NCBI GenBank assembly: GCA_963714785.1
Contig: CAVQQE010000012.1
Span: 147,027-211,026, forward strand
Source of the DNA: an uncultured Acidobacteriota bacterium
Lineage (GTDB): Bacteria > Acidobacteriota > Terriglobia > Acidiferrales > UBA7541
Direction of reading: 5' to 3'
Length of the DNA: 64,000 nt
In this document: positions 55,407 through 64,000 of the stretch, piece after piece
Layout: each line of letters begins with the position of its first letter
Position numbering within the stretch: position 1 is the stretch's first letter
Notes under the pieces: model-generated
Told to the model about the DNA's origin: nothing
Seen by the model: the letters and a program-made list of their open reading frames with translations, nothing else
Database searches by the model: none
Program-made: the position numbers and the translations under genes

Positions 55407-56147
55407 ATGTTTCGAACCCATAGACTATTCCAAGTTCTGTTATTTTTGGCGCCGGCGATGTTTTTTTTCGGAGCGCAATTTGTCCATGCGACCTCCGATT
55501 CAGAATCCGCGCCAGCTATTGTGATCGGATTTGTTGGCGGATTTGTGAGCCCTAACGATGCGCTGCATAGCGAAGTGGAACTGGCCAATCGACTACGCCA
55601 TGAATATCCTTCGGGCGTCTACGTGCAGGTTTTTGACAATCGTCACGTAGGTGAAGCCTTCAAGAAAATTGTAGAACTTCTGGATACGCACCACACAGGC
55701 AAGCTCACAGACAATGAAAATAAAAATGGTCGAATCATCATTTATGGACACAGCTGGGGAGGCTCGGCGGCCGTCAAGCTTGCTCGCCAACTTGGCGCAG
55801 CCGGTATTCCGGTACTGCTCACGATACAGATCGACAGCGTTGCTAAATTCCACGAGGACGACTCGATTATTCCATCCAACGTGGAAGCGGCCGCCAATTT
55901 CTATCAGCCGTACGGACGGTTGCATGGGCGGGCTGAAATTCGCGCCGCAGACCCGTCGCGCACGCGCATCATCGGGAATTATCGATTCGACTACAAAACC
56001 AAGCCGGTGAACTGTTATGGGGACTATCCGTGGTGGGACCGCTATCTGACTAAGGCGCACACCGAAATTGAATGCGATCCGCAGGTGTGGAATCAGGTGG
56101 AGTCGTTGATTCGCTCTCGCTTATCTGCTCAGGAACATACTTCTTAG
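55407..56147 (+). CDS. secreted alpha/beta-hydrolase-like protein
   Basis: Signal peptide plus lipase-type nucleophile elbow IIYGHSWGGSAA. Confidence 0.6.
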   Translation: MFRTHRLFQVLLFLAPAMFFFGAQFVHATSDSESAPAIVIGFVGGFVSPNDALHSEVELANRLRHEYPSGVYVQVFDNRHVGEAFKKIVELLDTHHTGKLTDNENKNGRIIIYGHSWGGSAAVKLARQLGAAGIPVLLTIQIDSVAKFHEDDSIIPSNVEAAANFYQPYGRLHGRAEIRAADPSRTRIIGNYRFDYKTKPVNCYGDYPWWDRYLTKAHTEIECDPQVWNQVESLIRSRLSAQEHTS

Positions 56148-56162
56148 TAGCGCGCCTGATTA

Positions 56163-57272
56163 TTACTTTGCTGGGCAGTGAAATCCAAATCGTAGTGTCA
56201 CTTCAATCGGCGACTTCAACGCTGCTCCCGTTTCGAATCGCCAAGATTGCGTGGCTTTCACGGAGGCGTCTTGCAATTTGTCGTCGCCTGACAACGGCTC
56301 GGCGTTGGTGACCAGCCCGGTTGCAGGGTCGAAGAATATTCTTAGGCGCACTTCGCCTTGCGCAAGCGTGCGTTGCGCCTCCCGTGGATACGACGGAAGA
56401 TCGTATTTCGCGAGATGGAGCGATGCGGCGTTTGGCAATTCTACGAATGCCGGATCTTTATCCTCGAGGGGACCTTTGTAGCCTTGCAGCGCGGACTTCG
56501 CGTTATGGTCACGGCATTCCGCGAAGGCGCAAGTGCTATCGGGGAAACCCGAGTCGAACTTGCCGGCCAGGATTTCGGGCACAAATTTCGCACCGAGCTC
56601 TTGACGCTCCTTGTTCTGCTCGGTTGAGGCTTTGGCAAAGGCAAAATCCTTGCCGAAGGCACGATCCTCGACGTCGTCTTTCAAGTCCCATAGCGCGGCA
56701 ATTCGGGCATCCGCTCTTTTCAAGGCTTCGAATTTCAGCAAATCCTGGTCGGGAAGCTCGTACAAAATTTCTTTAGCGCCACATTTCGCAACGATTGTTT
56801 GATTCGCAGCCGACTCGAGACTGTCCGGCTCGATGTCATTCCGTTTGGCCACTTGAATCACGCCGGCGAAATCCTCTTCGGGGTAAGAACAGAGTCTAAA
56901 TTTTCCGGCTACTTTTGCCGCGGTCGTATTTGGGAGCACGGTTTCCACCGCCTTGACGGTAACAATGTGCGCGCAATTTCGGTTCAATGGCGTAATTCGG
57001 ATTTCGCGTACGCGAACGCCACCCACTTCATCGCGAACGTCAAGGATGGTATCTGACCACCCGGGGCCATTGTTGGAAACGGCCTGGCGCACGACATAAA
57101 ATTCTCCCAATTCAATTTTTTCCTGAGTTTGAATGGCCCGGACGTTCGCCGGGATCGGCGTAGGACGACTACGAGCTAGCACGAAATTGGCGGCCGACGC
57201 CAAAGCGCCAAGCGCGAGCAGCACCGCCATTCGTCGTTGGTTCAGATTCCTCACCACCAAAGTATAAGGCAC
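56163..57272 (-). CDS. hypothetical protein with C-terminal TonB-like (energy transducer) domain
   Basis: The C-terminal P.YPREAQRTLAQGEVRLRIFFDPATGLVTNAEPLSG...L..A...A...WRF resembles TonB_C. The start is uncertain (GTG 57272 or ATG 57230). Confidence 0.55.
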   Translation of the reverse strand: MPYTLVVRNLNQRRMAVLLALGALASAANFVLARSRPTPIPANVRAIQTQEKIELGEFYVVRQAVSNNGPGWSDTILDVRDEVGGVRVREIRITPLNRNCAHIVTVKAVETVLPNTTAAKVAGKFRLCSYPEEDFAGVIQVAKRNDIEPDSLESAANQTIVAKCGAKEILYELPDQDLLKFEALKRADARIAALWDLKDDVEDRAFGKDFAFAKASTEQNKERQELGAKFVPEILAGKFDSGFPDSTCAFAECRDHNAKSALQGYKGPLEDKDPAFVELPNAASLHLAKYDLPSYPREAQRTLAQGEVRLRIFFDPATGLVTNAEPLSGDDKLQDASVKATQSWRFETGAALKSPIEVTLRFGFHCPAK

Positions 57273-57335
57273 CTGAGTTTCCGCGGGAGTTCTGTTAGGG
57301 GGAATTAAACATGCGGCGTCTAGGAGGTGTCTTGG

Positions 57336-57764
57336 TTAGCGCTGAGTTGCTCCGCGCCGTAGCGCGTTCTCTTCGGAAATAGGTTTAAACCACAGACCGC
57401 CCTTGAGTATGGTTTCAACCGCGGGAACAAGCTCGCTGCCAATTCGTCGCTTCGGAACAAAGCCGCGCACGCCTATCTGCTTGAGTTTGTCGATTAATGG
57501 CTGAGGCTCGTGCAGGCTGATCGCTAATACAGCTGCGCGGGGGCAGGTCGCCAAAATTTGCTGCGCGGCTTGGATGCCATCCAACTCGGGCATCTGTATG
57601 TCTAACACCGCTACATCGGGGCATTCCGCTTTGGCTTTTTCGACCGCTTCAACGCCGTCCGCGGCTTGGGCCACCAACTCCCAGTCGCTTCGGCTTCCGA
57701 TCATTAATTTCAACGACGCACGGGCTACCTCGTGATCATCGGCTATTAGAATTCGAGTCGGCAT
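57336..57764 (-). CDS. stand-alone response-regulator receiver protein
   Basis: RILIADDHEVARASL...DVAVLDIQMPELDGI...VLAIS carries the phospho-acceptor Asp context. 142 aa with no output domain. Confidence 0.8.
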   Translation of the reverse strand: MPTRILIADDHEVARASLKLMIGSRSDWELVAQAADGVEAVEKAKAECPDVAVLDIQMPELDGIQAAQQILATCPRAAVLAISLHEPQPLIDKLKQIGVRGFVPKRRIGSELVPAVETILKGGLWFKPISEENALRRGATQR

Positions 57765-57999
57765 CTAAATCTTCTTCTCGGATCGCCCCAGCGCAGACAG
57801 TACTAAGGTACAGGTTACCGCTGTGAGTCCGAGCCATGTATCGGGTAGACGCTGTATTTCTGATCCACTCCGAACCGCACGTTTTAGCCCTTTCGACCTG
57901 CAGGTGAGCCGCAGGGGCCTTTCCGAGGGGGGAACTTTAGTCTTGTTTAGGATTGCGTTAACATTGAACGTGCCGAGATAGCCATGCTAAGGTAATGGC

Positions 58000-58728
58000 A
58001 TGACAAAGTTTTCTGCATTGCTGGCCTTCGCTATTCTTTTCTCGCCGACAGCGTTTTGCCAGGAAACGACGTCAACTCCGCCTCCGTATCGTGGAGTAGA
58101 ACAGCATATTGCCGGAGTTTTCGTTACTCCTGTGCCGAATGTTCCCTTCACTGCCACAGCTGAAGTGGAAAGCTCTCAAGTGCTGCCCGACGGTTCGACC
58201 GAGCAGAAGAAAACGTATAACAACATCGCGCGTGACTCTGCGGGCCGCATTTACAACGAACGGCGGACTCTGGTGCCCTCATCATTCAACGGAACTCCGC
58301 GCATTGTTTCGATGCACTTATACGATCCACAGAATCGGCTCAGTACCTTCATGGATCCTTTCACACACATCGCGCGGGAAACCGTTCTGCCCAAGCCAGA
58401 AGTGGACCCCTCGAGACAGGTCACAAGCTCTTCCGCTCAAGGGGAAGACCTGGGCAGCGACACAATGGAAAACGTGGAAGTCCATGGAACGCGGAAAAGC
58501 AAAACTATCCCGGCGCAGTTTAGCGGAACGGGACAGGCGATCGTCGTGACCGACGAATACTGGTACTCCGAAGATCTCCATCTGAACCTGCTGGTGAAAC
58601 ACAACGACCCACGCACTGGCGAGCAGACGGTCACCGTCACGCGTGTGAATCGTACAGAGCCCGACCAAACGATGTTTCAAGTCCCGTCCGGCTACAAGAT
58701 CGTGGATGAAACTCCGGTAAGCCAGTAA
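58000..58728 (+). CDS. hypothetical secreted protein
   Basis: AAGG lies 7 nt upstream of ATG 58000. Signal peptide is MTKFSALLAFAILFSPTAFCQ. No family recognised. Confidence 0.6.
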   Translation: MTKFSALLAFAILFSPTAFCQETTSTPPPYRGVEQHIAGVFVTPVPNVPFTATAEVESSQVLPDGSTEQKKTYNNIARDSAGRIYNERRTLVPSSFNGTPRIVSMHLYDPQNRLSTFMDPFTHIARETVLPKPEVDPSRQVTSSSAQGEDLGSDTMENVEVHGTRKSKTIPAQFSGTGQAIVVTDEYWYSEDLHLNLLVKHNDPRTGEQTVTVTRVNRTEPDQTMFQVPSGYKIVDETPVSQ

Positions 58729-58837
58729 GCACAATTCCTTTTCAGGGCCTACCCACGCATTTCTGCGCGCGTCGCGATCGGGTCTTACTTGCTACATGAG
58801 CGCGCAGCCGCTATTCTGAATGCTTCACGCTGCAGCC

Positions 58838-60010
58838 ATGCATATCTATCTTGATTACAACGCCACGACACCCGTGGACCGCGAGGTCCTTGAAGCGATG
58901 CTGCCGTGTTTTGCCGAAAACTTTGGAAATGCGAGCTCGATTCATTCGTGTGGACAGCACGGGCGCTCAGCCGTCGATGCAGCTCGCGATTCGGTCGCAA
59001 CGCTTATCGGCGCGAAGCCGGCGGAGATTGTATTCACGAGCGGAGGCACAGAAGCCGACAACCTAGCGCTCTTTGGCTCGGTGGCGGCCTCAAATCAGTC
59101 TCGCAAGCACATTATTACTACGGCGATCGAGCATCATGCTGTTTTGAACGCTGCTCAAGCACTTGAAAAGCAGGGAATCGAAGTCACTTACGTTTCGGTA
59201 GGTTCCGATGGAGTCGTCGATCCGCAGGACATCCGTCGCGCGCTGAGGCCTGAAACAATTTTGATTAGTGTGATGCATGCGAACAACGAACTCGGCACGA
59301 TCCAACCTATTGAGAAAATTGGCCGAATCGCAGCGGAGGCGGACGTTTACTTTCACTGCGACGCAGTACAATCGGCCGGAAAGGTGCCGCTCGAGGTTGA
59401 GAGTCTCGGTGTGAATTTGCTTTCCATCTCCGCACACAAAATTTATGGACCGAAGGGAGTTGGTGCGCTGTACGTTCGCGCAGGAACTTCGATAGAACCG
59501 CAATTTCATGGGGGCCATCATGAGCGCGACCGCCGTCCCGGCACTGAAAACGTTCCCGGGATTGTTGGCTTCGGCAAAGCAGCCGAGCTGGCGGAAATAA
59601 ATCGCGATGCGGACACAGCAGCTATTGAAATTCTTCGCGACCGTTTGGAAGAAACCTTGACGAGGGTATTGCCCGCGGTGCGCGCGAATGGTAATGGTTC
59701 GCGGCGCGTGGCGAACACTACGAATCTGGCTTTTGCAGGAGCGGGCGGAGAAGCGCTGGTCATCGCCTTGGACCTTCAAGGTATTTCGTGCTCGACAGGT
59801 GCGGCATGCTCTTCGGGAGCTATAGAGCCGTCGCATGTGTTGCTCGCGATTGGGCTTTCTCCCGATGAAGCACGATCGAGTTTGCGGTTCAGCTTGGGCC
59901 GCGGGACCACATCTGAAGAGATCGATCGCGCCATTGCTATCATTCCACCGACGGTGGAGCGACTGCGCGCATTATCACCCCGCGCCTTGAATACGGTGTA
60001 CGCCCGGTAA
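58838..60010 (+). CDS. cysteine desulfurase (NifS/IscS class)
   Basis: Start at ATG 58838 ([12 protein letters not shown]). PLP-Lys context [10 protein letters not shown] and active-site Cys loop STGAACSSG. Confidence 0.9.
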   Translation: MHIYLDYNATTPVDREVLEAMLPCFAENFGNASSIHSCGQHGRSAVDAARDSVATLIGAKPAEIVFTSGGTEADNLALFGSVAASNQSRKHIITTAIEHHAVLNAAQALEKQGIEVTYVSVGSDGVVDPQDIRRALRPETILISVMHANNELGTIQPIEKIGRIAAEADVYFHCDAVQSAGKVPLEVESLGVNLLSISAHKIYGPKGVGALYVRAGTSIEPQFHGGHHERDRRPGTENVPGIVGFGKAAELAEINRDADTAAIEILRDRLEETLTRVLPAVRANGNGSRRVANTTNLAFAGAGGEALVIALDLQGISCSTGAACSSGAIEPSHVLLAIGLSPDEARSSLRFSLGRGTTSEEIDRAIAIIPPTVERLRALSPRALNTVYAR

Positions 60011-60017
60011 ATTTCTA

Positions 60018-61247
60018 ATGCCAAACCACCTAGTCCAACTCGAACCTTTTTGCGAATCTGCGGATGCTCGCCATTCCACACAGGCAACGGCGGCAGAAGC
60101 TTCTGCCATCGCGGAACGGAGTGGGCACCGTGCGGACACCCGCGGCGTTGCGCATGTCGCAGTGGCCATGAGTGGCGGAGTGGACAGCTCCACTGTGGCG
60201 GCGATGATGAGCGCCAGCGGGCAGCAAATCGTTGGATTGACGATGCAGCTTTGGAATCAGCGGCGCTTGCCGCAGCTTCAGAGCGCTGAGCCCGCGCAAC
60301 ATCGTTGCTGTTCGATTGACGATGTATATGATGCGCGCCGCGTCGCTGAACATCTGCGCATTCCGTTTTACGTGGTCAATTTCGAGCGCGAGTTCGAAAA
60401 GAACGTCATCCGTCCTTTCGTGGACGACTATCTGGAAGGCCGCACTCCGATTCCTTGCACACGTTGCAACAATCATGTGAAGTTCGATCAGTTACTGCTG
60501 ACTGCTCGACAAATTGGGGCAGAGCGCATTGCCACGGGGCATTACGCGCGTGTTCGCCACAATCCCGAATCGGGGCGATACGAACTTTTGCGCGCCGTGG
60601 ATGAATCCAAGGATCAAAGCTATTTTCTTTTTGGCCTGACCCAGGAGCAACTCGCGCGCACCGATTTTCCCCTTGGGGAACTTTCCAAAGGCGAAGTCCG
60701 CGAAATTGCGCGGCGCCTGCAAGTGCCGGTGGCGGAAAAGCCGGAAAGCCAGGAAATTTGTTTTGTGCCCACGGGAAATTACGTGCGCTTCATCGAAGGC
60801 TATCTTCACGAACAGGGACGAACACTGCCGGAGGAGGCAGGCGAGATCGTGACTACAGCCGGTGAAATGCTGGGCCAGCACAACGGATTGCACCGCTATA
60901 CCGTCGGCCAGCGAAAGGGATTAGGAATTTCAGAAGGGCGCCCGATGTATGTGGTCGCGCTGGATCGCGCAAAGAACCGTTTGGTTGTGGGCGAAGATCG
61001 GGAACTGCGGAGCACGACGTGCGCAGTTCGCGACGTAAATTGGATTCCTTATGCTGTTCCAGAAGGCCTGGTCCGCGCAAAGGTTCGAATTCGAAATCGC
61101 CACGAACCTGCGGATGCGGAAATCACCGCGGTTGGGTTCACCGATGCGCGAATTGTTTTTGACGAGCCGCAAAGGGCCGTCACACCAGGCCAAGCTGCTG
61201 TGTTTTATTCAGGCGAAGGTGTGTTAGGTGGCGGCTGGATCGGCTGA
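60018..61247 (+). CDS. mnmA: tRNA 2-thiouridine(34) synthase
   Basis: PP-loop [10 protein letters not shown] and catalytic Cys contexts ([14 protein letters not shown]). It has a roughly 45-aa N-terminal extension relative to the PP-loop, so the true start may be further downstream. Confidence 0.85.
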   Translation: MPNHLVQLEPFCESADARHSTQATAAEASAIAERSGHRADTRGVAHVAVAMSGGVDSSTVAAMMSASGQQIVGLTMQLWNQRRLPQLQSAEPAQHRCCSIDDVYDARRVAEHLRIPFYVVNFEREFEKNVIRPFVDDYLEGRTPIPCTRCNNHVKFDQLLLTARQIGAERIATGHYARVRHNPESGRYELLRAVDESKDQSYFLFGLTQEQLARTDFPLGELSKGEVREIARRLQVPVAEKPESQEICFVPTGNYVRFIEGYLHEQGRTLPEEAGEIVTTAGEMLGQHNGLHRYTVGQRKGLGISEGRPMYVVALDRAKNRLVVGEDRELRSTTCAVRDVNWIPYAVPEGLVRAKVRIRNRHEPADAEITAVGFTDARIVFDEPQRAVTPGQAAVFYSGEGVLGGGWIG

Positions 61248-61259
61248 GATTTAAGCGGG

Positions 61260-61769
61260 TCAGATGAAAAGTTCTTCGTCTTGAGTAGCCCCGTCAGATT
61301 CGCTTCGACGGCCTTGAGAGCCGCGAAGTACATCGATTCCGACTTTTACGCCCTTCAACACTGCGGACACTTGTTGCACCGGAGCCCACAAAGTTTTGCG
61401 AACTTTTGTGCCAGTGTCTTCAATCACTTCTAACGCGCCGGTGAGAATTTGATCGGCGCGGATTACCTGAACGCGCAAGCGTTCCAAACTATCGGTCACA
61501 ACGCGGTCAATTCTCTGAGCTTGCCCACGCGCCAGGCGAGTAATCTCGGCGGTATCGGAGCTGATACTGGCAACCTTGTCTTCAGAGTCTTCGAGGATGC
61601 GATTTACGCGAAGCAAGATGGGGTCGACACGGACTTTTACATCGGTGGCGATCGTGGTGAACCTCTCGATCGCGATCTTCATCTGGATAAACATGCCCAA
61701 AAGGATTGCCATTTGAATCACGATGGCGACCGCCGCAATCACAATAAATGCTTCAACCCAGACGTTCAT
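61260..61769 (-). CDS. DUF948-like membrane-anchored coiled-coil protein
   Basis: N-terminal TM helix (VEAFIVIAAVAIVIQMAILLGMFI) followed by long helical segments. It is paired with a YtxH gene, as in general-stress ytx-type clusters. Confidence 0.5.
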   Translation of the reverse strand: MNVWVEAFIVIAAVAIVIQMAILLGMFIQMKIAIERFTTIATDVKVRVDPILLRVNRILEDSEDKVASISSDTAEITRLARGQAQRIDRVVTDSLERLRVQVIRADQILTGALEVIEDTGTKVRKTLWAPVQQVSAVLKGVKVGIDVLRGSQGRRSESDGATQDEELFI

Positions 61770-61790
61770 GGAATTCCTCGCAACTGCTAA

Positions 61791-62078
61791 CTACGCTTTC
61801 GCTTCGCGCCGGTAGGCGTCTTTGCCCGCTTCTACTGCCGCCGCCACCCCTTCTTTCTGCCGATCCATGATCTCTTTGCTGCGCTCGATCAAATCTTCGG
61901 CGCGTTCGCGAAGTTCCCGCGCCTTGCGCTGGGCATAGTCGCGCCCTTCATCGGCCTTGGAGGTTAGATAGTCTCTTGTTTCTTCGCCAGACTTCGGGGC
62001 GAAAAGGATACCTACAAGCGCGCCAATTCCCAATCCCGCCAGAAAATAGCTCACTTTCGAGCCGCCACTGTCACCCAC
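61791..62078 (-). CDS. YtxH-domain protein
   Basis: FLAGLGIGALVGILFAPKSGEETR followed by a charged helix. 95 aa. Confidence 0.8.
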   Translation of the reverse strand: MGDSGGSKVSYFLAGLGIGALVGILFAPKSGEETRDYLTSKADEGRDYAQRKARELRERAEDLIERSKEIMDRQKEGVAAAVEAGKDAYRREAKA

Positions 62079-62279
62079 AGAGCACCTCCAAGGTTAAATT
62101 CGGTAAATTTGACCTTAGCATAGCCCCTAAATACAAGCAATGGCGCGAAACCATTAGAAAGGGCCGGAAATGTTTGTAGTCACGACCGTAACGGGGGAGT
62201 TTTTTTGAATGCCAACGGCTGAGATGACTACAGATTTAGTAGTCCAAATTCGGCTGTTGGATTAGATTAGCAAGCCCGT

Positions 62280-64000
62280 ATGCTGAAGACGAAAACTCGG
62301 TTTTCACTTGCGCAGACCGCTATTTTTTCGGCGATTGCCTTCGTCCTTTTTTGCACTCCAGTTTACCCCCAAGATTCCTCTACAAATGCTGCAGCTCATC
62401 GACTCGAAGTGCTTCCTTGGATGAGCCCAAAGCTCTCACCGGACGAGCGCGCGGATATGGTTCTGAAGGAAATGACACTCGACGAGAAAATCGAGTTAAC
62501 GCACGGCAATGGAATGGAGGGTTGGGGTCGGCCGATGCCGAACTTGAGTTCGAGCAACGGCGGAGCCGGCTTCGTGTTTGGGGTACCTCGGCTGGGGATT
62601 CCGATGATTCAAATGAGCGATGCGGCGTATGGCGTGCGGGCGAGCGCCCAGAACGGGCGATACTCCACGGCGTTGCCGGCGAACATCGCTTTAGCAGCAA
62701 CCTGGGACGTGCAAGCCGCGTGTGAATATGGCGCGTTGATCGGGCGCGAGCTACGCGCGCAAGGCTACAACATGTCCCTGGGCGGGGGAGTGAACCTGGC
62801 TCGCGAACCGCGCAACGGCCGCACGTTTGAATACCAGGGCGAGGATCCCATTCTTGCCGGAACCATGGTCGGTAACAGAATCAAATGCGAGCAAGCGCAG
62901 CATGTGATTGGCGACCTCAAACACTTCGCGTTGAACGATCAGGAAAGCGGCCGTGATGAAGTGAACGTAATTATCGGCAAACGAGCTATGCAGGAAAGCG
63001 ATCTTCTCGCGTTCCATATCGGCATTGAGATCGGGAAACCTGGCGCGGTGATGTGCGCGTACAACGCTGTCAACGCCGATTTCGCTTGTGAGAATAAATA
63101 CCTGCTGACGGACGTGTTGAAGAAGGATTGGAATTTTAAAGGATTTGTCGTTTCAGACTGGGGTGGAACGCACAGCACAGCAAAGGCCTCAGCGGCCGGT
63201 TTGGACCAGGAAGAGCCGATGGATGATTTCTACGGAGAGAAACTGAAGCAAATGGTTTGGTCCGGGGTAATTCCGATGTCGGAGCTGGACGTACATGTGC
63301 GTCGCATATTGCGGTCGGAATTTGCGAGCGGGGTTGTGGATTTTCCGACGCAAAAGAGCGTGGTGGATGTGGAAGCTGGGCTCGAAACGTCGCGCGCGAT
63401 TGCTGAACAGAGCATCGTTCTGCTGAAGAATGACGGAGTGTTGCCGCTCGATCCAGCGTCGGTGCGCTCGATTGCAATTATCGGAGCGCATTCCGATACC
63501 GGCATGATTTCTGGGGCTGGATCTGCGCAGGTGGATGCACCGGGAAAGCCAGCGGCGGAATGGCAAGCGCAAGTCTGGTTTCCGACTTCGCCGCTAAAGG
63601 CGATTAGAGAAAGAGTTCCGGACGTAAACGTGCGATTTGATTCGGGCGAACATCGGGCGGCCGCGGCGGCGCTGGCAAAAAATTCCGATGTCGCGATCGT
63701 GTTTGCCTACCAATGGATGAGCGAAGACATGGATTTGCCAAATTTGTCGTTGCCAGGCGGCCAGGATGCACTGATCGAGCAGGTAGCGGGCGCGAATCCG
63801 CATACGATTGTTGTGTTGGAGACGGGCTCTGCGGTAGCGATGCCATGGATCGACAACGTGAAGAGCGTTCTGGAAGCGTGGTACGCGGGGAGCCAAGGCG
63901 CTGATGCCGTTGCGCGCGTTCTATTTGGCGATGTGAATCCGAGCGCGAAGCTGCCGCTCACATTCCCGCGCAGCGAAGCAGATCTGCCTCATCCCAAGCT
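62280..64000 (+). CDS. glycoside hydrolase family 3 beta-glucosidase (3'-truncated by the window edge)
   Basis: It is absent from the ORF track because no stop occurs before the edge. Hand translation from ATG 62280 is open to 64000. Signal peptide MLKTKTRFSLAQTAIFSAIAFVLFC. GH3 motifs: GVNLAREPRNGRTFEYQGEDP, KHFALNDQE and the nucleophile context KGFVVSDWGG. Confidence 0.85.
   Translation, partial: MLKTKTRFSLAQTAIFSAIAFVLFCTPVYPQDSSTNAAAHRLEVLPWMSPKLSPDERADMVLKEMTLDEKIELTHGNGMEGWGRPMPNLSSSNGGAGFVFGVPRLGIPMIQMSDAAYGVRASAQNGRYSTALPANIALAATWDVQAACEYGALIGRELRAQGYNMSLGGGVNLAREPRNGRTFEYQGEDPILAGTMVGNRIKCEQAQHVIGDLKHFALNDQESGRDEVNVIIGKRAMQESDLLAFHIGIEIGKPGAVMCAYNAVNADFACENKYLLTDVLKKDWNFKGFVVSDWGGTHSTAKASAAGLDQEEPMDDFYGEKLKQMVWSGVIPMSELDVHVRRILRSEFASGVVDFPTQKSVVDVEAGLETSRAIAEQSIVLLKNDGVLPLDPASVRSIAIIGAHSDTGMISGAGSAQVDAPGKPAAEWQAQVWFPTSPLKAIRERVPDVNVRFDSGEHRAAAAALAKNSDVAIVFAYQWMSEDMDLPNLSLPGGQDALIEQVAGANPHTIVVLETGSAVAMPWIDNVKSVLEAWYAGSQGADAVARVLFGDVNPSAKLPLTFPRSEADLPHPK

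Noticed and set aside
1-64000. Mobile elements, prophage, integrons and toxin-antitoxin pairs.
   Set aside because: I recognised no transposase, integrase, recombinase or phage structural genes. I saw no terminal inverted repeats or att-like duplications, and no small two-gene cassettes with TA-like features.

Overview
Gene-dense chromosomal segment with about 55 protein-coding genes and moderately high GC by eye. I saw no rRNA, tRNA, CRISPR array, transposase, integrase or phage genes. The gene content suggests Acidobacteriota (Terriglobia-like); this is an inference from memory of these families, not a search. Supporting traits are a CarboxypepD_reg-type TonB-dependent receptor, many secreted peptidases, and Asn/Ser/Gly-rich low-complexity tails on unrelated proteins. 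Recognisable blocks, left to right: (1) OprO/P-type porin plus a beta-propeller lipoprotein. (2) A run of small secreted hypothetical proteins, including a Tat-signal FAH-family enzyme. (3) STAS and DUF1990 genes. (4) A chorismate mutase - prephenate dehydratase - DAHP synthase operon. (5) A thioredoxin-reductase-like flavoprotein with a UBP-type zinc-finger protein. (6) M61 peptidase plus a TonB-dependent receptor. (7) An MdtABC-like RND efflux operon with its own outer-membrane factor. (8) An APC permease and a divergent LysR / isocitrate lyase pair. (9) hpt-deoC, a GAF-GAF-PP2C phosphatase, and xseB-ispA-tlyA-nadK. (10) A penicillin-acylase-family protein. (11) CNNM/CorC translationally coupled to two orphan ABC permeases. 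(12) A SAM hydrolase, an S10 carboxypeptidase and a LiaF-like toastrack protein. (13) Cysteine desulfurase plus MnmA, and a YtxH/DUF948 pair. (14) A GH3 beta-glucosidase that runs off the right edge and is missing from the ORF track. The best hidden signal is on the minus strand at 12576-12820, where the track shows nothing because every element is under 60 aa. It comprises a near-consensus promoter, a 28-codon Phe/Tyr-rich leader ORF, mutually exclusive hairpins and a strong intrinsic terminator, all directly upstream of the aromatic amino-acid operon. This matches a classical ribosome-mediated attenuator. I could not identify any obviously novel multi-gene system such as a defence, RiPP or secretion system. 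Many ORF-track starts are over-extended; I re-set them using signal peptides, Shine-Dalgarno (SD) sites and neighbouring stop codons. All family names come from my own recognition of motifs.
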